A stretch of 64,000 nt of DNA from Bigelowiella natans CCMP2755 (taxonomy: Eukaryota; Protista; Cercozoa). Below, piece by piece: positions 55,740 to 64,000 of this stretch. The position numbers and the translations under genes were made by a program. The notes under the pieces were generated by a model. The model made no database searches. It saw nothing but the letters and a program-made list of their open reading frames with translations, and was not told the DNA's origin. Where the stretch lies: assembly GCA_000320545.1 (NCBI GenBank), contig ADNK01002094.1, forward strand, positions 58,878-122,877, given 5' to 3'. Within the stretch, counting starts at the first letter, position 1; each line of letters starts with the position of its first letter.

Positions 55740-57160
55740 GAGATGTCTATTGTGCCGTGTAGTTGTGCAACCCATCATCGATATCTGCTTGTCTGTTGCT
55801 AGACGCAAAAGAAGCGCCTGTGATGTCAACTTGCTGCTCCACAATGATGGTCAAAGCTCGAGTGACATGCGTACATGTCAACAGCACATTCCTTGTGATT
55901 GTAGTGCAATGTGACACACATCTAGACATGAACAACATGAATTGCCAGTCAAACAGAGCATTTTCCAAAACACCTACGAAACCACACAATTTCACACAAA
56001 ACAAACGCGCAACAATCGCACAATGCAATTTGGTTTGCAAAGCACACCAATGCTGTTTGCTTCGTCTCTGTGCGTACCATCACAAATTGCTTGGCGACTT
56101 TGCCCACCAAAGCAATTCATTTTCCATCGCACATGCAACATGTGCAATCATTAAGCTTCACTGTGAGCACTGAAATGATATATTTGCTTTGATGAACACA
56201 CTGAATGCAATTTGCTTCACTGTTTACGTGCAAACAAACACTGTCGAGTTGCAAACCGCTTTGACAAAGCTAGAAAGGGTCAGGGTTAGGGTTAGGATCA
56301 GGGTCTACAGTCAGGGTTGGGGTCAGAGTCTCAGGGTCAGGTCAGGGCCAGGGTTGGGGGTGCATGCGATGAAACGAGTGCTTTCACCAAGCAAAGCTGA
56401 AACAAACAGCCCAGAATCGAGTCGTGTGCGTGCATGATTCTACTTCCAACATCGAGAAGATGCACACTCATTGGTTTGCCCTTTCTTCTCAAATCGTTGC
56501 AGATTCACAGCATGGCACGCACAGCCTGATCTAGCTGATGATGAAGCTCATCAAGCCAAAATGGTGATGATGACAACCTGGATGACATCAGTGACAGAGA
56601 TGCATCATGATGATGAGCGAGTCAATGATGTGACAACTCAAGATGTCGATTGTTGCACGGCAATTCCTAGATTCTCGAGGAAGCATCCAATACGCAGCCT
56701 CATCAAGCAAAATGTTGCATGATGATCCGCTAATGCCATGAGATCCATGTAGCGATCTAGTGACGCACTCTGCCAGACCGCCACACTGAACTTCTATATC
56801 CCTAGCTAGCGTCACGTGCACGCATCTGTCCAGGCTAGCAGGGCCTCTGCAGACGATGTCTATGCTAGCAGCAGGCTTTCATGAAATGATGTCCACACGC
56901 GTCACATTGCGTTCATTGCACGCATCATGAATGCCCAAAACGTGATCACATTTTGTCAGCATGTGAATGACTTGTGAATGTCAGCACAACACTCGCTCAT
57001 TGCAATCGCGTCCACAGCTCCAGAGCTGACAGCGCTAGAGCGGCTTGCGCACGCACCTTGCAAAAGTCATGCTAGCATGGCCTGGGTTGCTAGTTGAATG
57101 GATGAAAGCCTGCAAGCACCATCACTCGCATCAAAGCCAAAAAGGGACTAAAACATGTCA
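55740..57160. repeat. Island 5: TpA-depleted debris between convergent genes
   Basis: NNNN-CTAG-NNNN at 55918, 56266, 56663, 56831, 57031 and 57068, plus degenerate telomere repeats. Confidence 0.8.
56277..56360 (+). repeat. Degenerate interstitial TTAGGG array
   Basis: gggtcagggttagggttaggatcagggt...cagggttggggtcag...cagggccagggttggggg. Confidence 0.75.
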
Positions 57161-57347
57161 CAGATACAGGAGCTAATGACGTTCATGAACCATAACAGCT
57201 GTTAAACTTAACACTTTCCGTGCTGTATTTTATTTACTAATTGGAATATTTAGCCTGCAGCACCTATTTCATCATCAATGACCCCTTTTCGCCAAATCGG
57301 ACAGATTTGTGTTTCAAATTTGCAATAATTGATGCCAAATTCTCATC

Positions 57348-57651
57348 TCATTCATCTAACTGTGACTCTCTTAGATGGGAAACGCTGTCGTGTCTCACTC
57401 TACCAACGTTGTACTTCTCCAATCCTCCAAATGTCTGACCAAACTTGCGCTTTTGTTTCTTCATCCACTTTTTTTCACTACATATCCACCCACCAACGTC
57501 AACTCATCATTGTCACAATCACTTATTCTAATATAAAGGTGTGAACAACAATTGTCTAGACTTAAAGTCACACTTTAAAATGAAGTTTGTACAGCAAGTA
57601 AAGATGGCCTTGTCGTCGAAGAAGACATGTGAAATTTGGTACATAACGTTC

Positions 57652-57687
<36 letters not shown>

Positions 57688-59162
57688 CTCATACGAAATA
57701 GCCAAAGCCTAATTCTATGTATATGACATGTGATTGTTTCGGAAGCTCAGCATTCCATCCCCTAGGCACATTGGTGCAAAACAAGAGAATAATTATGAGA
57801 ATTATCATCATCATCATTATTACATACATATTTACAAACTTTAAACGTTATCAACCTAATGGAAGTTGAGATCTAACTCCTTCATTGTTCACCCTTGAAA
57901 GTTCCACATCGATAGTTTTCGCTAACCTTTTGTATGAAAATGTAGCATTATCACACTGAAAATTACGAAATAAAATATAACATAAACTTAGCATTGTTAT
58001 TACAATTGTGAATATGGGGCAATGACAACAAGTATAATGATGTTGAAAATGATGTCTTAAACATAGTCTTTTCTTCTCTCTTACTTTACGTGGACCTAAT
58101 TTTTTGTGATACCTGCCTATTGGTGGAAGGAGTTGCTCTGGAAGTAACTGTTCCCATGACGAAGAAGCAGCAGTAGTGTTGTCGTTGTGGACATTGCTTT
58201 GGATTTGTATCAGATGCAGAGATGCCTGTTATTACGTACACACGCTTCAAGTTAGTCTACTTCCTTGTTATTAATTTAAAATTGTTCTTCGTCTCTCACC
58301 TCAGGAATAGGCGTTGTTTCCCTATCGAATTGCTCCACGTCCTCGTTGGAATAAAGAGCAAATACTCTCTTTTCACTTACGTCTCGGCTTGCTGTGTTTG
58401 TAGAAGACTTATTCAGATTTCTCAAAGGCAATAAACCTTTTATTCGTGCTACTTTATTTACTCAATACCTTTTAGTACATATCCTCTTTGTAGAGCATAA
58501 TTTTGTAAGTCGTTAAAGTATATCAGTTTCATACCTCTAATCTGATGTAACAATAGAATGTATGAATATAAAAGTTGGTGACTACTTGATGAATCATTTG
58601 GACGGCAACCATTTCATTGCATGACACTACCTGTAACCTTTGGAATTCAGGTCCCTTGGACACAACAAAATCTAACAACGCCGACATTACTTCATATCGC
58701 TCCTTTCCATTCAATCGAAGATTCATATTTTGGATTTCAATTATATCACCTGAAGATATTATTTGGATCATATTAGTTAGGGAGTATTCTTCTTCCTTCT
58801 TATTCAGGATTATGCTTGCATACCATACACATCTGTGTAGTTGTAGATATTTAGCCTTTTATCATCGAGTGGCGCTGCCCATAATTCCTTAGCAGCATTA
58901 CCCCCGAACCGAGATAGATCAGAAGGAGATAGCTCGCCACCTCTTTTCCAATAAAGTAACCTTCACATTATCGTGAAATCACAAATTAATAATGCCACCT
59001 TCACATTTTTTTTCCAATAGTATTAAATGACTACTTTCCGCATTTCGATGTCCTCTTCAGTTTTTTGGATGTGCTCTTCAAACCACGCACATATGTTGCT
59101 GTAGCCTCAGTGAGAGGCTCATAACTGCAATGGACCATTTTTCTCGGATGCTATTCGATAAC

Positions 59163-59194
<32 letters not shown>

Positions 59195-59471
59195 GCACAC
59201 ACTGATTATTCCAATGTGTTGTTATACTCAAAATGGAAAATTGATAGCATACCCGTGTCATTATCTCGATTCTCGTTGCTATTAGGAAGGAATATATGAG
59301 TAATAATGCTTGATTCAAGACAAAAGATCTTACGTTTCATATTGCGAATTTCAATTTCCCGGAGGCGCCTAGCTGCCCTAAGATGAAAGGGTACTGAACA
59401 TGTATTTCGCGACTATTCTCTACTAGATGATTAAAAATACTTTCGATTGATCTTTTCCTGAAGTTTCCCAT
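57348..59471 (-). CDS. Hypothetical protein, multi-exon
   Basis: ATG gives MGNFRKRSIESIF. Coding-like exons include 58529-58771 (IEIQNMNLRLNGKERYEVMSALLDFVVSKGPEFQRLQ) and a final WMKKQKRKFGQTFGGLEKYNVGRVRHDSVSHLRESQLDE*. Confidence 0.5.
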
Positions 59472-59621
59472 GCTGTGCAGGTTTTCGCCGTCCCATATGT
59501 AGCTTCGGTGTGGTCACCTTAAGGCCTATGCGTCAACAAACAAACAACACATGGTTGAGGAGTGACAGCTGGGCATGCATGCATCCATCCCCCAGATTCG
59601 AATGTTCACTGTTATTTCAAA

Positions 59622-59659
<38 letters not shown>

Positions 59660-60372
59660 GTGAAATTGGGTGCAACCCAAGTTGCGATGTTCGATTTCTG
59701 GGCCAACCAAGATGAAGACCTCAATGCATAGAATCTAGGGAATAAGAGAACAACAACAGTAGGTTTGAAAATATACTTTTGGGTGTCGGCATGCTTCATG
59801 GCATACCAATACGATGATGATAAGATGATGACAGCGCGTTCGCACAGTGTTCTTAGGGATCATTTGACTGTTGTCCTTATGATATGTTTCTCGGTTTTTG
59901 ATCCCTGCAAGAGTGCAACCAGACAACCTAATCATGACAAGACCTTCCTGATATCAGAGGAAAACATCATGAGCGATAATGCACAGAATGGAAATCAGCC
60001 ATCGGACAATTACATGAACGAATCCGCGCCTCCGAACAAAGGAAACCTTGCCCTGCCCGACAGGAGTTTCACTACAGAGTAGCTACAATTTGCACTGTGC
60101 TAACAAGCAAGTTCCTGGCAAAAGTCACCACGACGTTGTGCTCTCATTCATTCGAACCAACCAACCATTTATGTGGCACGTTTAATTTAATGTGTGAGTG
60201 TGTCGATTTTTGGAATGCGACACGTGATTCTTAAGTCGCAAGGAAGAAACCACAATTTGATTTCATTGTCGCAACCATGCATGCCCCAAGAAATGATTGC
60301 GAGCCTGATCTTTGCCAACAAAAAAATCAAAAAAGAACTGCACGAATTTGAGATTAAAATTTCGAATGACTG

Positions 60373-60622
60373 ATGATGATAATTCGCCTACATCTGATCA
60401 TTACGACATCAAATAAAAAGCTCACTACAACTACTACTAGAATCACCCTGGCTGGCTCAAGCCCAGCTTCGTACCCTGTTTATGAAGTCCATCGCCCTTG
60501 CGATGGGTGTAGGCATGCTGCTTGTCATCTACTTACTGACAGCATCAGATATGGCGAGAGAAAGTTCTGTGATAAACACAAGGTAACATTGAAGGGCCTG
60601 AGTGATGAGCGAATTTAAATAT

Positions 60623-60663
<41 letters not shown>

Positions 60664-61902
60664 CGGAGCCTTCGACTTTTTGTTTTCACAATTTCCCCTC
60701 CCTATCCATTGCAGAGACTCCTTTAGTTCAAACGTATCTGAGAACGTACCTAACGACGTATCTGAGGACGATTTTAAGATGAAGAATTATTCTATTCCTG
60801 GCGGCAAGCAGCTATTCATATCCGTGATTACGACGAAACCCTTACCAGCGACACGCAACCTAATTTCTGCGACGTGGGGTAGCCCTGATCTCGGAGATAT
60901 AAACTCTTTAACTCGGAAAAATGGCAGCGCAGTGAGAGTAGAAATCGTGGGAAGTAATAGTGAGACATCCTTTCCAGGTGATGAGCTTGTTTTTCGGTGG
61001 TGGACAGCACGATTACGATGTATTTATGCAGTCTCGCTTATGTACTTAACTACGTAAAGTACTACGTGAACGCAATGACTCTCCTTCACACCGATACCAT
61101 ATCACCCTTACATTACTCTATACGATACGGTGTCTCATCAGGCTTTGAGAAGGCAGGTTGCGACCACGATGGCTACGCAAAGGTTTGTTGCGATGACTTA
61201 TCACCACAATGAATATTTTAAGAATATCATTAGGTGTAAGCTACACGCAACATGTGTGTCTACATTTGTATGCATAGCCAGCATCCTTCTGATGAAAAAG
61301 CCCTCACCCCTTTTTTTTGATACCACAACAGGGAGTTTGCTGCAAAACTGAGAGATCGTTCACTCTTGGTTACAAGATGGCTCCAGATTATGCCTGGTAT
61401 GCACGCTGTTCCGACGATTCGTTCGTGTTTGTAGACAACATGGTCAAGCAACTACAAATGTACAACCCATCTGAGAAGATTCTTGCTGGACGTATTGGAT
61501 ACGTCGGTGACTTGAGGATAGGTACACTTTCTGCTCACATTATTATGAAGCATTTTCTTCTAGATATTTCCAGACGTGATGTGTCCGTGTTTGTGGCCCA
61601 GCAACGTCAGTAACTTACTTATTTCTACCTATCATCGTCGTCTATTCCACATATATACAAAAGCGCCACATAAATTCTCTCGGAAGACTCTCCATGTGGC
61701 TGGAGGATCATGCATGGTGATGTCAAACGCTCTGGCTCGCGAATTTGCTGAAGTGGGAGAGGACTATGAAAACGAATGTTTACACGACGACTCCGACCTC
61801 GGGGCGTTTGTATGGCGGCGTTTCCGCGTGCTTCCAGTCGAGCTGAGAGGCATCTTTCAGTAATTTTGCCCATGCGTACATACGCATATGCATTAATACA
61901 TA

Positions 61903-61943
<41 letters not shown>

Positions 61944-61947
61944 GCAC

Positions 61948-61986
<39 letters not shown>

Positions 61987-62512
61987 AGGGTCGTTCAATT
62001 GCAATATATCCAGAAAAACAACATGAGAGGATGGAGGACGAGGGAAGAAGGAAGGGTTCACGATTTATGAACCGCACTTTCTTCTTTATTTTCTCCAACA
62101 TATTCTCCGCTCCCCCTAAGTATCGTTTAAATTTGGTGCAAGATACCCTAAGCTTGGAGGCGATTTTGGCTTCCTTCGTCCAGAGAATATCAAAACGTGT
62201 CGGGATGAGCACATTGGCCGCCAATTTTTCACTAAACCCGCAGATTTCGGTGAGGTGTACCCTTACTTCTTTCACAAGCTGAGCGAAGTTAGTGCCTTTC
62301 ATGTCAACATTCCTACCTTACCCATCGTTGTTCAGCGTCTGGTAGATTTGAGAAAGAACGGGCTACATACGGACGACATTTACCTCGGCATTGATTTCAC
62401 GGAGCTTCCCTTCTTTTGGCCAAATCATCCCATTTCTCTCCCAACAATAGCGTGTAGAAAAGATCGCAAGTCGGCCATTGATGCGATGCGGCACTCATAC
62501 AAATTCAACTAA
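60373..62512 (+). CDS. GT31-family (Fringe/C1GalT-like) glycosyltransferase, multi-exon; the start may lie upstream near 59800
   Basis: LFISVITT..RNLISATWG, CCKTERSF..DYAWYARCSDDSFVFVDNM..YNPSEKILAG (DDS, DxD-equivalent), HVAGGSCMVMSNALA and HDDSDLGAFV. Confidence 0.82.
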
Positions 62513-62519
62513 ATGAAAC

Positions 62520-63890
62520 GTTTCATCTAGGAGTGAGGGTGGGGACATGGCTAATTTCCCAACCGACTCCTTCTCGTGTGCAACATGACAAATTAGTGTC
62601 ATGCCACGTGGTTGGTGAGCGTCGAGACTACCCAGGAGAGTAAGACCTGGATCGTCGAACGATCACAAGGACAGCATGTGTGTTTCACAGATTTGAAGCA
62701 TCCATGTCCTGTCACGCGCGCAGCATCTCTGTCGGGGCTTTGAGAGGGGAGGATGTGATGGACTGCTTGTTCGGAAATGGGCGCCGGTGGCGGCATTGGG
62801 CGACAATTCTGTTCCTCTGTTGCGTCGCCTTCGTCATCAAAAACCTGCTGGCCGTCAATCAACTGGAGAGAAGGCCCGAATGTTCTCTGACGGAACACCA
62901 ATCTAAATTTCGCCAATTTCACCAGTTAGACCTCGTTGAAGCTGAGTCGAGGCACTGCGTTTCGCACACTGCAAATGTCTTGTGACTTTTGGGAACGCAG
63001 TTTGTCATCATTGTTGTCATCATTTCAATGATGTGCACACGTTTGCATTGATTGTGGAGCTGGGCACAAATGATTTTTTTCATTTGGAAACACTTTGCTT
63101 TGCTTCTGAACAAGTGTTTGATTTGAACAAACAATGCCTGCATGTCGCGAAACTAGTGTTTGGTTTGTTCAAATGATGTTCGAACAAGAAGCAGCATTTG
63201 CAAATGTTTTCCTGTGAAAATCATTTGCAAATGATTTGAAAATTTTGAAACGTTCCCGCGCAGCTGCGCGCAAAGCACGACATGACAGACCAAATCGCAA
63301 TGCATTTGAATGCGCATTGTGCAACGTGTGACAAAGGGAACAAACAATCGCACAGGCACAACTTCACAACTCATTGTGGATGGACATGGTTGTTGCGTAG
63401 ACGCTGTGCTCGTGTGGATGTGCAGCATCATGGCGCACACATGCTGCCATTGAAAAGGTTCAATCACTTCATTGCATCCGTCTCATGGCCACTCAGGACT
63501 CAGGACTCAGCCCCACAGACTCAGGAACCATTTTTCTCCACTTTGCAACCTCCAGCTGTGCCTTTCTCGTGTTTGAGAACTTTCCAAAATCTGTCCAACT
63601 TTGACAATTTGTTGAGCATTGCCAATGCTTCAGCTGTGTCTGTCGACAATGCACTTCGACGCGCTGTCAGTGTCAAGCCACACAACAAGAAGATGCGTTC
63701 GGACTCGACTGACGCAGCTTCAAATCATCATTTTCCTTTTCATGCCGAGTGATGCTTCTCCAAAATGGAGCTTCATGCATGAAGATGCATTTTGATGGAA
63801 AATGACAAGCCCTACGGGTGGGGTTGTCAATTGCAAATGCAATTTGAAACAGCACCACCATGGCATTTGATTGGTTGTTTTTATAGCAAA
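62520..63890. repeat. Island 6: subtelomeric, almost TpA-free debris
   Basis: By eye there are only 2 TA dinucleotides in 62941-63810. Contains the hAT relic. Confidence 0.8.
63572..63721 (-). pseudogene. hAT transposase relic (C-terminal dimerisation domain)
   Basis: The minus strand translates as EAASVESERIFLLCGLTLTARRSALSTDTAEALAMLNKLSKLDRFWKVLK, matching the hAT S..SER.FS..G...T.RR..L.....E.L..L motif. It is not in the ORF track. Confidence 0.8.
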
Positions 63891-63899
63891 ATCAGGGAA

Positions 63900-64000
63900 T
63901 AGGGTTAGGGTTAGGGTACGGGTTAGGGTACGGGTTAGGGTACGGGTTAGGGTACGGGTTAGGGTACGGGTTAGGGTTCGGGTTAGGGTACGGGTTAGGG
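63900..64000 (+). repeat. Telomeric/subtelomeric repeat, alternating TTAGGG and TACGGG
   Basis: (ttagggtacggg)n continues to the window end, with the G-rich strand running 5'->3' outward. Confidence 0.85.

Noticed and set aside
62991-63257. Possible MITE bounded by gggaacg...cgttccc
   Set aside because: The inverted repeat is only 7 bp, with no TSD and no second copy in the window.

Overview
Eukaryotic, intron-rich and microsatellite-rich nuclear DNA from a protist. The style is reminiscent of a chlorarachniophyte, but that is inference only. The window runs into a telomere-type (TTAGGG/TACGGG) array at its right end. About 11 multi-exon genes lie in strictly alternating orientation (+,-,+,-,...): NOM1/SGD1, a C2-domain protein with an unfamiliar ~53-aa repeat, NIP7, an EF-hand/coiled-coil protein, a membrane protein, pyruvate carboxylase, a sterol desaturase/fatty-acid hydroxylase, a coiled-coil protein, PEX11, a hypothetical protein and a GT31 glycosyltransferase. 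Every convergent (tail-to-tail) gap and the subtelomere hold a compositionally distinct island of transposon debris: CAC...GTG MITEs with 2-bp TSDs (one nested in another), a hAT relic and degenerate telomere repeats. These islands show two striking signatures. (1) TpA is almost completely lost, apparently by TA->CA/TG conversion. (2) About 30 perfect NNNN-CTAG-NNNN motifs occur, and comparison of repeat copies shows they are 8-bp insertions (a constant CTAG plus a 4-bp target duplication). Together they suggest a repeat-targeted mutagenesis or genome-defence system that I do not recognise. Exon boundaries were read by eye and gene coordinates span introns.
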